Shown here: in pieces, positions 26,329 to 35,237 of the stretch
How the letters are laid out: each line of letters opens with the position of its first letter
How positions within the stretch are numbered: position 1 is the first letter of the stretch
Source: Lentisphaeria bacterium
Lineage (GTDB): Bacteria; Verrucomicrobiota; Lentisphaeria; Victivallales; Victivallaceae
Direction of reading: 5' to 3'
NCBI GenBank assembly: GCA_017508285.1
Contig: JAFVZG010000067.1
Location: 1 to 61,776 of the forward strand
DNA: 61,776 bases
Notes under the pieces: model-generated
Databases searched by the model: none
Told to the model about the DNA's origin: nothing
What the model saw: the letters and a program-made list of their open reading frames with translations, nothing else
Translations under genes and position numbers: made by a program

Positions 26329-26825
26329 TGAGTAAAGATCCGGCAAAGGCACTGCTGACTTTGGCAGAAGCGGCGGCATGGCGCGCAGAGTTGCGCCGTA
26401 ACGGACGGAAATTGGTTGTCACCAACGGCTGTTTTGATTTGATGCACCGCGGGCACGCTTCATATCTTTATGAAGCGTCAAAATTGGGGGACGAATTATT
26501 GGTGCTGGCCAATTCGGATGCATCGGTTCGGGCGATAAAAGGCGAGAGCCGTCCGGTAGTCTCCGAGTTGGATAGGGCTTATATGCTCGGGGCGTTGTCA
26601 TCAGTCAGCAAAGTGGTGATTTTCAACTCCTCCCGCTGTGATGCTGAATTGGCAGTGCTGGAGCCGGATATTTATACCAAAGCCGGGGATTATACGGTGG
26701 AAACACTTGACGCTCAAGAGCGCGAAGCGTTGCAGAAGTGCAAGGCGCAAATCGTTTTCATGCCATTTGTTTCCGGCTTTTCCACTACCGGCATCGTTGA
26801 GAAGATCGCAAAAAACAGCAAATAG
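26325..26825 (+). CDS. D-glycero-beta-D-manno-heptose 1-phosphate adenylyltransferase-like (RfaE/HldE domain II only)
   Basis: VVTNGCFDLMHRGHASYL cytidylyltransferase HxGH motif. 166 aa. Confidence 0.8.
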   Translation: MMSKDPAKALLTLAEAAAWRAELRRNGRKLVVTNGCFDLMHRGHASYLYEASKLGDELLVLANSDASVRAIKGESRPVVSELDRAYMLGALSSVSKVVIFNSSRCDAELAVLEPDIYTKAGDYTVETLDAQEREALQKCKAQIVFMPFVSGFSTTGIVEKIAKNSK

Positions 26826-26831
26826 TCCGGG

Positions 26832-26868
26832 TGTGCCCGAAAAAATATCGGATGTGCCCGAAAAAATA
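26832..26868 (+). promoter_or_regulatory. Two perfect 16-nt direct repeats (tgtgcccgaaaaaata) with 21-bp phasing, next to a -35; candidate activator site
   Basis: Repeat 1 at 26832-26847, a 5-nt spacer tcgga, repeat 2 at 26853-26868. TTGACA begins 6 nt downstream. Confidence 0.55.
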
Positions 26869-26874
26869 CTTGCT

Positions 26875-26906
26875 TTGACAATGTTTTTTATGTATATTTA
26901 TTATAT
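26875..26906 (+). promoter_or_regulatory. Sigma70-like promoter of the pseudopilin-like gene (TTGACA, then an AT-rich -10 region TTATTAT)
   Basis: Consensus -35 at 26875-26880. Possible -10 hexamers are TTATTA and TATTAT at 17-18 bp spacing. GGAGA SD 4 nt before the ATG at 26941. Confidence 0.5.
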
Positions 26907-26940
26907 GTGATCCCCGTTAAACAGATTCAACCGGAGAAAT

Positions 26941-27927
26941 ATGAAAATGAAAAACCTTGTTCCCGCCGATCGGCGGGTGAAGCATACCTGCTTCACCCTT
27001 ATAGAACTTCTCGTAAGCACTGCTTTTTCATCATCGCGTTTTTTTACACCCAAAACAGCAGCTGAAACTCAACAAAAAAGTTCGCTTTTCTTGAAAAGGG
27101 AAGTGGGGTTTGGGGAGAGGGGAAAAACCTCTTTTCCCGTGAAAAGAAGTTTTTCCCCTCTTCCCAAGAGCGCATTTACTTTAATAGAATTGCTCGTAGT
27201 GATTGCCATCATCGCCATTCTGGCGGCGATTTTGCTGCCGGCATTGAATAGTGCCCGTGAAAGGGGCAGATCCGCCGGGTGTATCAATAACCTTAAACAG
27301 TTGGGTATGGGAGTGGCATCCTACATTAACGATCATGATTACTTCCCGATCGTCGGTCATGCGATCCCCACCGGAGTTTACAATGATGCCGGTTTCTGTT
27401 CATGGAAAATGCCGATCGCTCCCTATTGCGGAATTACTGCCACTCACTATCTTGATATGCGCAAGGCGATTTGCGACGGGGTCTTCCGTTGTCCTTCATG
27501 GAGTGCCGAGGCGACCTCCTGTTCCAATAATCTGGCAGATGTTTCCAATACGAAAACGATGGCACACGGCGGTGGTTATGCCTACAGTTACGGTTCCGGT
27601 TTGGATGGTACCAAACATGTACTCGGTTACAGCGGTAGTGCCGGCGGCGAATGGCTCATGACCAAACCCAATGAAGTTACCAATCCCACTGAAACCGTGG
27701 TCATCGGTGAGCCGGATGATACCAATACCGGTGACCGCAACCACCATACTCTGCTCTATGCTACTGATAAACCCAATGGCAGACATGCCAACTACACCCA
27801 GATGAATATCTCCTGGGCAGATGGTCATGTTTCCTCCAAAGCCAATCGTGAGTTGACTAAAAAGACTGACGGCAGTGACGGCGGGGCAAATGGCAAATGG
27901 GGTTACTATCTGATGGTCAGACGCTGA
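26941..27927 (+). CDS. Prepilin-type N-terminal cleavage/methylation domain protein with two FTLIELL motifs (pseudopilin-like, H-Xn-DG family)
   Basis: First, degenerate motif KHTC|[12 protein letters not shown]. Second, complete motif KSA|[33 protein letters not shown]-terminal [16 protein letters not shown]. Confidence 0.85.
   Translation: MKMKNLVPADRRVKHTCFTLIELLVSTAFSSSRFFTPKTAAETQQKSSLFLKREVGFGERGKTSFPVKRSFSPLPKSAFTLIELLVVIAIIAILAAILLPALNSARERGRSAGCINNLKQLGMGVASYINDHDYFPIVGHAIPTGVYNDAGFCSWKMPIAPYCGITATHYLDMRKAICDGVFRCPSWSAEATSCSNNLADVSNTKTMAHGGGYAYSYGSGLDGTKHVLGYSGSAGGEWLMTKPNEVTNPTETVVIGEPDDTNTGDRNHHTLLYATDKPNGRHANYTQMNISWADGHVSSKANRELTKKTDGSDGGANGKWGYYLMVRR
27115..27163 (+). other. 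About 22-bp-stem palindrome inside the 5' part of the pseudopilin-like CDS
   Basis: gagaggggaaaaacctcttttc - ccgt - gaaaagaagtttttcccctcttc, with one mismatch and one bulge. An in-frame GTG (27139) lies in the loop. Confidence 0.8.
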
Positions 27928-27988
27928 GGGCGTTTGAATTTGCCGCAGTGGTTACGGCAGAAATTTTATGAAATATCCTGTAAAGATT

Positions 27989-28018
27989 TGCCGCCGTCAG
28001 TTTTGACGGCGGTTTTTC
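27989..28018 (+). terminator. Rho-independent terminator after the pseudopilin-like gene
   Basis: gccgccgtc - agtttt - gacggcgg followed by TTTTT. Confidence 0.75.
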
Positions 28019-28040
28019 TGTGAAATAAACCATTTTTTCT

Positions 28041-28077
28041 GCCTGTAATAATACTTTCAGTGCCTGTTTTAATACTT
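28041..28077 (+). promoter_or_regulatory. Two 16-nt direct repeats (gcctgtaataatactt / gcctgttttaatactt) with 21-bp phasing; candidate activator site
   Basis: Repeat 1 at 28041-28056, a 5-nt spacer tcagt, repeat 2 at 28062-28077 (14/16 identical). Related to the repeats at 26832-26868 (GCCYG..AATAYT). Confidence 0.45.
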
Positions 28078-28169
28078 GTTTTTTCAGGGCGGTTGTGGTA
28101 AATTATCCCATGATAAAGAATTGATAAGAAACTGAAAATTTTCCCCAATAACTACAGGATTAGCGGAAT

Positions 28170-29225
28170 ATGAATGACTACAGCCAATTGTGTAAAAATC
28201 TGGTTCCCCGCAAGGTGGAACACACCTATGAGCGTCCCTCCTGGTGGCGGGTACGGATCCCGGAGATCATTGAAGATGTCAATGCGGTCAAAAAAGGAAA
28301 AGTGGAAGTGCTTACTCATACTCCGGGAGGTTTTCCGGTCTATGCGGTGACTTACGGAGAAAAACTTCCGCAGCACGGGCCGGTGAATTGGCCGAGTCTT
28401 ACCGGCAGCCGCCGCCCGGAACTTTATACCAATACCAAACAGCAGACATTGATGTTTATGGCCGGTATCCATGCCGAGGAAGCCGAAGGGGTAATGACTC
28501 TGAGCAATTTTATCTCGCTGATGGAAACCGGAGTCGACCGCAGGGGAGTTGCCCGCCCGCATCTGATGGAGTTGGCAAAAAATTACCGGATCGTACTGCT
28601 TCCCTGTGTGAATATGGATGGCAGGAGTTTCGGTCCGGATTGTCTGATGGGATGCACCCCGGAAGATTACGGTCCCATTCAGACCCGGCTCAAAAACGGT
28701 AAATATCTGGTATGGCCGGATTTGAAAGAGTACTTTCCGCTGCCGATGGATCAGGTGGATCAGCTGGGAACATATTACAATTTTGAAGGAGTGAATATCC
28801 AATTGGATGCTGCTCCCGGCAATATCATATCCAACGAAGCGAAAGCTATTTTGAAGATTGCTCATGATGAACGCATTGACTGCATGGTGAATATGCATTC
28901 CGCCCGGGAAAATCCGCATTTTGTTCATCCGACGATCATCAATCTGCCGGGCAACTTCAAGACGGTTCATGCCATCAACCGCATCTGGTCGGAAAAGATC
29001 GGCAGAAAATTGGGTTACGGCGAGGAAGCCTGCAGCGTGCAGTGTGATATCAATGATGCGGTCAGCCTTGCTACCGGTGCGGTGACAATGACCTATGAAT
29101 TTGCTGCTTTGCGGGTGGAGAAATTCGACAATAAACTGGAAACCGCGTATGCGATGATGGAAACGGTGATGGAGTACGGCATGGAGCGTCCGCTGGCTCC
29201 CAGAAAAGCTCTGCTTTCCAAATAA
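28170..29225 (+). CDS. M14-family zinc carboxypeptidase-like protein
   Basis: FMAGIHAEEAEG (HxxE zinc motif context). No signal peptide is evident. The longer antisense ORF 28152-29258 is judged a shadow. Confidence 0.55.
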   Translation: MNDYSQLCKNLVPRKVEHTYERPSWWRVRIPEIIEDVNAVKKGKVEVLTHTPGGFPVYAVTYGEKLPQHGPVNWPSLTGSRRPELYTNTKQQTLMFMAGIHAEEAEGVMTLSNFISLMETGVDRRGVARPHLMELAKNYRIVLLPCVNMDGRSFGPDCLMGCTPEDYGPIQTRLKNGKYLVWPDLKEYFPLPMDQVDQLGTYYNFEGVNIQLDAAPGNIISNEAKAILKIAHDERIDCMVNMHSARENPHFVHPTIINLPGNFKTVHAINRIWSEKIGRKLGYGEEACSVQCDINDAVSLATGAVTMTYEFAALRVEKFDNKLETAYAMMETVMEYGMERPLAPRKALLSK

Positions 29226-29283
29226 TGGATACCACGGGAAAATAAAGGTCTGTTCCACAATAAAAAACAGGAAGGAAAAGTCT

Positions 29284-32200
29284 ATGAAACAATTTTTTAC
29301 CGGTATGGTCGCCGTGTTTTGCGCGATGACTGTACTGCATGCTGCTGAACCGGTAAATGTGCGGAAAGTGGTATCATGCTATACCACCGGCGGCAATCAG
29401 GGCACCGGCACCATCAATGCCGGTCAATCGCTCTCTTTCAAGGGCGAGGTAAAATTTTCCGGTACATTCGGTTATATGTTTGCGGCGGTTTCCGTCGAGC
29501 CATTTAAATTGACCGGGAAAAGCCTGAAATTCAAACTCAAAGCCGCCTATGCCCCCAAAGATATGTTTTATGTCAAGGCGTATAATGGCAAAGGTCAGGT
29601 GGTTGCTTCTTTCCGGACGACTGCGGATACCGGCAACGGACTTATTCTGGTTTGTACCCCCGGCAGCAGCAGCGGTGGAGTGGAGTATTTCCCGAAAGAG
29701 GCCAAAGGGGCAGCTGACAGTGATATTACCATGCTGCGATTCTATTTTGCCCGCAAAGGTCCGGCGATCCCTTACGATGCGGTTATCAGTGATATCCAGT
29801 TGATCCCCGGAGAGGCGAAATCCTCTTTGACGATCATACCGATGAGTGAACCGGGCAGGATCATTGTCACCCGGGTCGATACCTGTTATGCCTCCGGCGG
29901 CAAAGGGAAATATGAGTTGTCTGCTGATGGCGGATTATCTTATTCAGCACCGGCAAAACACAAGAAATACGGCTATCTGGTAAGTTCTGTTTTTGTCAAA
30001 CCGTTTTCTCTTGAGGGCAAAGCTCTTTCGCTGGATGTGAAATATGATAACTTTGCCAATGATACTTTTTATGTCAAAGCTCTGGATGTAAAAGGAAAGG
30101 TCGTCGCCTCATTCTATGTGCGCGGAGATCTTACCAAATGGACAAATCTGGTGTGTGTGCCGGGAAGAAACGGTAAATTGGTGAAATTTATCGCCAAAGA
30201 TGTGAAGTCTCCGGTGAGTACTCCGGTTGTCAAACTGCAATTTTATTGCGGCAGACCCGGCCCGGCAGCGGATTACGGTGTCAAAATCAAAAACATTCAA
30301 TTGATCGAAGCTCCGGCGTTACCGACTACCGCCGGATTCAAAGATCACGGAGTCGGTATCAAATCCGCAGAGGTTCGCAGTTTGCTTGCCTGTGTCGATA
30401 AAAACGGGAGGAAAATGGTTCTCTGCTCTCCGGCGGATGAGGGCAGGAACTATTTTTTGCTCACGGAATTGGATACCGGTGAAACCTTCCAGTATTCAAC
30501 CGGACACCACGGCAGTTTTTTCGGCGGAGCTTTGACTGATGACGGCAAATTCGTCAGCGGAGCCGGAAGCAACGCTTATATTTTTGATATCAATACCAGA
30601 AAATTGGTAAACGCCGGCAGAGCCTTTGCCGGCAGCAATCTTTGCGTGACACTCGGATACAATAACAAGGCTTATCTGGGATACGCGCCCCAAAGTCAAC
30701 TGGTTGAGTTGGATCTGACCACCCGCAAAATCCGGAATTTGGGCAGGATGGATGAAAGGGAGCATTACTGCTCTTATCTGGCGGTGGATAAAGCTGGATT
30801 TGTTTACGCCGGTATCGGCACCGCCAGAGCCAATATCGTGGCGATCGACCCGGTCAGCGGCAAAAAGAGTCAACTGCTTCCGGAAAAACTCCGTACCCGC
30901 GGTACTGCCAGCGTCACCGCCGGGGATGATGGATATGTCTATGTGGAATACAACTCTTTTGCCGCTAAGTGCATGGGGGGCAAAATCGTGGAAATGGGAG
31001 CGCGCTGCCCGAAAGAGCGTCCATTGAAACTGGTCAAATACATGTACTCGATTCCCGTATTTGATGACGGTACGGCAGTGAAAAACTATGATCTTGGCAG
31101 GCGTGAAATGGAGATCGTGGAAAATGGCATAAGCCGTAAACTCAAGATCAACTATATTTCCGGCGGTTTGAATATAACCTCTATGGCTCCGGGGCCGGAT
31201 GGCAAAGTCTATTTCAGCAGTTCCCACCCGCACCATTTGGGCAGTTTTGATCCTGCCGACGGCAAAATAGTTGATCTTGGGTACAATCCGCAAGTCGGCG
31301 GCGGAAACTTCTGCAATATGGTCGCATGGCAGGGAAAACTTTACGGTTGCGAATATGCCGGAGGCAGATTGTGGAGTTACGATCCGGGCAGACCGGCGCA
31401 TTATGTGTCGCCGAAAATGCCGACATTCGGTGTGCCTTTTGAATTGCTGGTGAAAAATTCTGAAGCAGTCAATGCCCGTTGGCGGGAGTTGAAAAAGATG
31501 CAGGTTTTATACGCATCCAGCGGTGATGATGACAATCTGCTCACTTTGAATCTGCCGGTTCCTGATCCCGGTGAATGGTATTTGAATCTGCAATTTTACA
31601 ACTCCGGCTCTTATGGAGTTGTCACTGTTGATGCCGGTGGTAAAAAAATCCGGTACAATGCTCAAAACAGCCGCAAAGGTCCCGGCGAAATGCTGAATCT
31701 CGGGCCATTCGATATCCGGGATAAAAGTTTCAAAGTAACCTTCAATATCCGGAAAAATGCCAACCGCATGTCACAGCAGGTATTCAGTCTGGTGGGTATC
31801 GAACTTGCCAAAAGTACCCGCAAAGCTGCAGTGATCACTGTTGATAAACTCAAGAATCCTGATATTCTCGGTGCCTGGCCGAATTTGATCACCCGCCCCC
31901 GGACTATTGCCGTCAATCCGCTTACCGGAGAGGTGGTTATCGCCGGATTTGCCAATTACGGCATGGTCGGCGGCGGATTCGGTATCCACGACCTCAAGAG
32001 CGGTAAAAACCGGGAGATCAGCGATTGGCTGCCCGGTGAAAGCTGTATCGATATGTATTTCCGGAAAGATGGCAATCTGATCGGAGCCACCAGTATCGAT
32101 GCTCCCGGCGGCGGTCATGTCAAGGCAAAAGCGGCATCGGTATTCATGCTTGAGTGGCACAGCGGCAAGGTGGTGAAACATCTTCCTCTTCCCGGCACGC

Positions 32201-32544
32201 GCGATATTTACGGTATCCGTGAATTCGGCAATTATATCTACGCTGCCGCCAGTAATAATATTCTCTATCAGATCGATAAATCAACATGGAAGATCGTCAA
32301 AAAGTATCAGACTCCCGGCAGAACCGCCAACCGCAATCCTCTGTTGATAACTCCGGATGGTTCCCGGATGTTTCTGCTGCAGGATAAGATGATTTGTGAG
32401 ATCGACCGCAAATCCGGGGATCTGCAGGAGGTCGCCGAACCGCCGCGCCCCATCTCTGTCGGCGGGGCGATCATCGGTAAAAACATTTACTTTGTTACCC
32501 GGGCAAAAATAGAAAGCTGGGATTTTTCAACGGTGAAAAAATGA
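29284..32544 (+). CDS. Large secreted protein: two tandem CBM-like N-terminal domains, then beta-propeller-like repeats with an inserted CBM-like domain
   Basis: Signal peptide MKQFFTGMVAVFCAMTVLHA. Two paralogous domains of about 155 aa share FYVKA..KG.VVASF and ..FY..R.GPA..Y...I..IQLI. No family recognised. Confidence 0.6.
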   Translation: MKQFFTGMVAVFCAMTVLHAAEPVNVRKVVSCYTTGGNQGTGTINAGQSLSFKGEVKFSGTFGYMFAAVSVEPFKLTGKSLKFKLKAAYAPKDMFYVKAYNGKGQVVASFRTTADTGNGLILVCTPGSSSGGVEYFPKEAKGAADSDITMLRFYFARKGPAIPYDAVISDIQLIPGEAKSSLTIIPMSEPGRIIVTRVDTCYASGGKGKYELSADGGLSYSAPAKHKKYGYLVSSVFVKPFSLEGKALSLDVKYDNFANDTFYVKALDVKGKVVASFYVRGDLTKWTNLVCVPGRNGKLVKFIAKDVKSPVSTPVVKLQFYCGRPGPAADYGVKIKNIQLIEAPALPTTAGFKDHGVGIKSAEVRSLLACVDKNGRKMVLCSPADEGRNYFLLTELDTGETFQYSTGHHGSFFGGALTDDGKFVSGAGSNAYIFDINTRKLVNAGRAFAGSNLCVTLGYNNKAYLGYAPQSQLVELDLTTRKIRNLGRMDEREHYCSYLAVDKAGFVYAGIGTARANIVAIDPVSGKKSQLLPEKLRTRGTASVTAGDDGYVYVEYNSFAAKCMGGKIVEMGARCPKERPLKLVKYMYSIPVFDDGTAVKNYDLGRREMEIVENGISRKLKINYISGGLNITSMAPGPDGKVYFSSSHPHHLGSFDPADGKIVDLGYNPQVGGGNFCNMVAWQGKLYGCEYAGGRLWSYDPGRPAHYVSPKMPTFGVPFELLVKNSEAVNARWRELKKMQVLYASSGDDDNLLTLNLPVPDPGEWYLNLQFYNSGSYGVVTVDAGGKKIRYNAQNSRKGPGEMLNLGPFDIRDKSFKVTFNIRKNANRMSQQVFSLVGIELAKSTRKAAVITVDKLKNPDILGAWPNLITRPRTIAVNPLTGEVVIAGFANYGMVGGGFGIHDLKSGKNREISDWLPGESCIDMYFRKDGNLIGATSIDAPGGGHVKAKAASVFMLEWHSGKVVKHLPLPGTRDIYGIREFGNYIYAAASNNILYQIDKSTWKIVKKYQTPGRTANRNPLLITPDGSRMFLLQDKMICEIDRKSGDLQEVAEPPRPISVGGAIIGKNIYFVTRAKIESWDFSTVKK

Positions 32545-33281
32545 TTTACGACATTCACACTCACAACATGCAGCATCAAGGGTGCGGCATACTGATGGAG
32601 CAGGCGCGTCAGCATGGTATAGACCGCTTTCTGCTTTTGGGCGATGTGCTGCGTTACGGGGAGTTCCCGACGGCTGAAGAGGTCTCTGAAATCAATGATG
32701 ACACGATCGCCTGTGTAAAAGAATGCCATGGCATGGCTGACGGATTCTGTTTTATGAATCCGGCACTGCCTCCGGAGTTCATCCGGTCAGAAGTTTCCCG
32801 CTGTCTGCAAGCCGGATTGAAAGGTGTCAAACTGGAGATATCAGTTTGCTGCCGCAAGCCGGTGATGGATACTTTGATGCAGGAATTGGAAAAATACGAT
32901 GTGCCGCTTTTGCACCATTGCTGGTTTAAGACAGTCAATAAATATGCCGAGGAATCCGACCCGGTCGACATATCGATTCTGGCAAAGCGTTTTCCCCGTG
33001 TCAGGATAGTGATGGCACATTTGTGCGGCTGCGGTTACCGCGGGGTGGAGTATATTGCAGATTGTCCCAATGTATATGTGGATACTTCCGGCGGACAACC
33101 GGAAAACGGTTTTTTGCAGTATGCGGTAAAGCGGATCGGTGCAGACCGGCTGCTTTACGGTTCAGATGCGCCCTGCCGGGACTTCGGCTGTCAGGTCGGC
33201 AAGGTGCTGGATGGCGGATTGAGTGCCGGGGATCTGGATAAGATACTTTACAAAAATGCTCTGGAGTTGTTGAAAATATGA
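32541..33281 (+). CDS. Amidohydrolase-2-type metal-dependent TIM-barrel hydrolase
   Basis: MIYDIHTHN (HxH) N-terminus and ...VMAHLCG.. / ..GSDAP.. pattern. 4-nt overlap with the upstream gene. Confidence 0.7.
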   Translation: MIYDIHTHNMQHQGCGILMEQARQHGIDRFLLLGDVLRYGEFPTAEEVSEINDDTIACVKECHGMADGFCFMNPALPPEFIRSEVSRCLQAGLKGVKLEISVCCRKPVMDTLMQELEKYDVPLLHHCWFKTVNKYAEESDPVDISILAKRFPRVRIVMAHLCGCGYRGVEYIADCPNVYVDTSGGQPENGFLQYAVKRIGADRLLYGSDAPCRDFGCQVGKVLDGGLSAGDLDKILYKNALELLKI

Positions 33282-34006
33282 AGATTTTTGATGTGAATTT
33301 ATCCACCGGCAGATGGCCATTCAGGAGATTGCCGCAGGAAAATCTTGCCGATCTTGATGCTGCAGTTGCCAAAGCCGGAATATCCGGCGGCTTGGTGCGT
33401 TCTTTAGATGCACCGTTTTCTTTGAATATCAATGAGGAAAATGAGCGTCTGCTGGAAGTGTGCCGCCCGTTTACCCATCTTATTGCGGTGCCGGCAGTGC
33501 GTCCGGATTTCGGGTTGTGGCGGCAGATCACCGGCGATTTTGCAGTATTGCACCCCAATTACCACAGTTATTCGCTTCTGGCTGATGAAACACTGGAAAT
33601 GGTTGAAACTCTTCTGAATAGAAAAATCATTCCTCTGATCGTTATCCGCGAAGAGGATGAGCGCGGACAGCATCCTTTGTGCAAAGTTCCTCCGGTTCCG
33701 GCGGATGAGATCAATCAGCTGGCGGCAAAGTTTCCGGATAAACCGTTTATTGTTCTCAATGCGATTTTTGAATATATGAATCTTACCGAGCCGAATATCT
33801 ATCTGGATTTTTCCTTTTTTGAATCTTTTCCGGCACTTAAAAATCCGGTGGAAAAATTGGGGTGCAAGCGGATACTTTTCGGCAGCCATGCGCCATTTTT
33901 CTGCATCTCTGCGGCAAAGAGCAAATTGTCATACGATAAATTGAAATTTGAAGATATTGAAGATATCACCCATAAAAATATGGAGAGAATATTGAATGAA
34001 AGATAA
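33278..34006 (+). CDS. Amidohydrolase-2-like protein lacking an obvious N-terminal HxH (uncertain)
   Basis: 242 aa with C-terminal ...ILFGSHAPF.... 4-nt overlap with the upstream gene. Confidence 0.5.
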   Translation: MKIFDVNLSTGRWPFRRLPQENLADLDAAVAKAGISGGLVRSLDAPFSLNINEENERLLEVCRPFTHLIAVPAVRPDFGLWRQITGDFAVLHPNYHSYSLLADETLEMVETLLNRKIIPLIVIREEDERGQHPLCKVPPVPADEINQLAAKFPDKPFIVLNAIFEYMNLTEPNIYLDFSFFESFPALKNPVEKLGCKRILFGSHAPFFCISAAKSKLSYDKLKFEDIEDITHKNMERILNER

Positions 34007-35225
34007 ATTGGCATTGCATGGCGGAACTCCGGTCAAAACGACAGATTTCGGTAAAGGCTGCCGCTATGATGAAGCGGAAATGGCAGAGATCCGGGATACT
34101 TTTGACCATGGCAGTCTGATTTATTGGGGCGGTTACAAGATCGGTCAATTTTGTGAGACGGTCAAAAAAGCTTTCGGAGTCAAATATTGTGCCGGCGGCA
34201 GTTCCGGTTCAGCAGCACTGCATGCCGCTGTAGGTGCCGGATTTATTGAACCGGGATATGAAGTTATCACTTCTCCCATAACCGATATCGGCAGTTTGAT
34301 CGGTATTCTTTACCAGAATCTTATTCCGGTTTTTGCAGATGTCGATCCGCATACTTACAATATTACCGCTGAATCAATCGCCAAAGTTATTACTGAACGC
34401 ACCAGAGCGATCATTGTCGTGCATCTGGCAGGCAATCCATGTGATATGGATCCCATCGTCGATCTGGCAAAGAAGCATGATCTTTTGCTGATCGAAGACT
34501 GCGCTCAGGCATACGGCGCACTTTACAAAGGCCGTCTGGTGGGCACGATGGGAGACATCGGGGCATTTTCTCTCAATGAATCCAAGCATTTGAGTGCCGG
34601 TGACGGCGGCTTTATCGTGACCGGCGATCAGGAACTTTACGGCCGTTGTCACAATTATATGGATAAGTACTATGACCGGCTCGGCAGGGGGGATCGTCTT
34701 GAACATCTTGCTCCCAATTACCGTGCCAGCGAATTGCAGTATGCCGTTGCCAAAGCGCAATTCGGCAAACTGGATGATCTGCTTGCCAAACGCCGCCGGA
34801 TCGCCGCACTTCTTTCTGAAGGACTGCAGGGAATCAGTGATATTGCTCTGCCGGAGGTTATCGACGGGTGCGAAAGTTCCTGGTGGTTTTACATGTTCCG
34901 TCTGACTCCCGGGGTTTTTGAAGGGGATGGTAAAGGTTTTGCAGAGGCATTGCGCGCTGAAGGTATTCCGGCAATGGCAGGTTATATTCCCCGCCCGATC
35001 TATCTGGAAAAACTTTTTGTCAACAAGAGTTTCTTTCCCGGCAACATCTGGCCGGCAGAGGTGATTTCAGGTAAAACTTACAATTATCATGCCGGGCTTT
35101 GTCCGGTGGCAGAAGAGGTGTTGAATAGTGCCATCCGGATGCCGGTAAGTGAATTTTTTACTGAGAACGATGCTGCTGATATGGTTGCTGCGGTAAAAAA
35201 AGTTGCTGCCGGATTGAGAAAATAA
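33996..35225 (+). CDS. DegT/DnrJ/EryC1/StrS-family PLP-dependent aminotransferase
   Basis: Fold-type I pattern and the NESKHLSAGDGG putative PLP-lysine region. 409 aa. Confidence 0.8.
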   Translation: MKDKLALHGGTPVKTTDFGKGCRYDEAEMAEIRDTFDHGSLIYWGGYKIGQFCETVKKAFGVKYCAGGSSGSAALHAAVGAGFIEPGYEVITSPITDIGSLIGILYQNLIPVFADVDPHTYNITAESIAKVITERTRAIIVVHLAGNPCDMDPIVDLAKKHDLLLIEDCAQAYGALYKGRLVGTMGDIGAFSLNESKHLSAGDGGFIVTGDQELYGRCHNYMDKYYDRLGRGDRLEHLAPNYRASELQYAVAKAQFGKLDDLLAKRRRIAALLSEGLQGISDIALPEVIDGCESSWWFYMFRLTPGVFEGDGKGFAEALRAEGIPAMAGYIPRPIYLEKLFVNKSFFPGNIWPAEVISGKTYNYHAGLCPVAEEVLNSAIRMPVSEFFTENDAADMVAAVKKVAAGLRK

Positions 35226-35237
35226 GGAAAATCTGTT

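Noticed and set aside
28152-29258. 368-aa minus-strand ORF, longer than the plus-strand ORF it overlaps.
   Set aside because: The plus-strand product has an M14-like HxxE context and a sensible domain-like composition. The minus-strand translation is H/R/F/I-rich low complexity with no start context. It is judged a shadow ORF, though the M14 call itself is only moderate.
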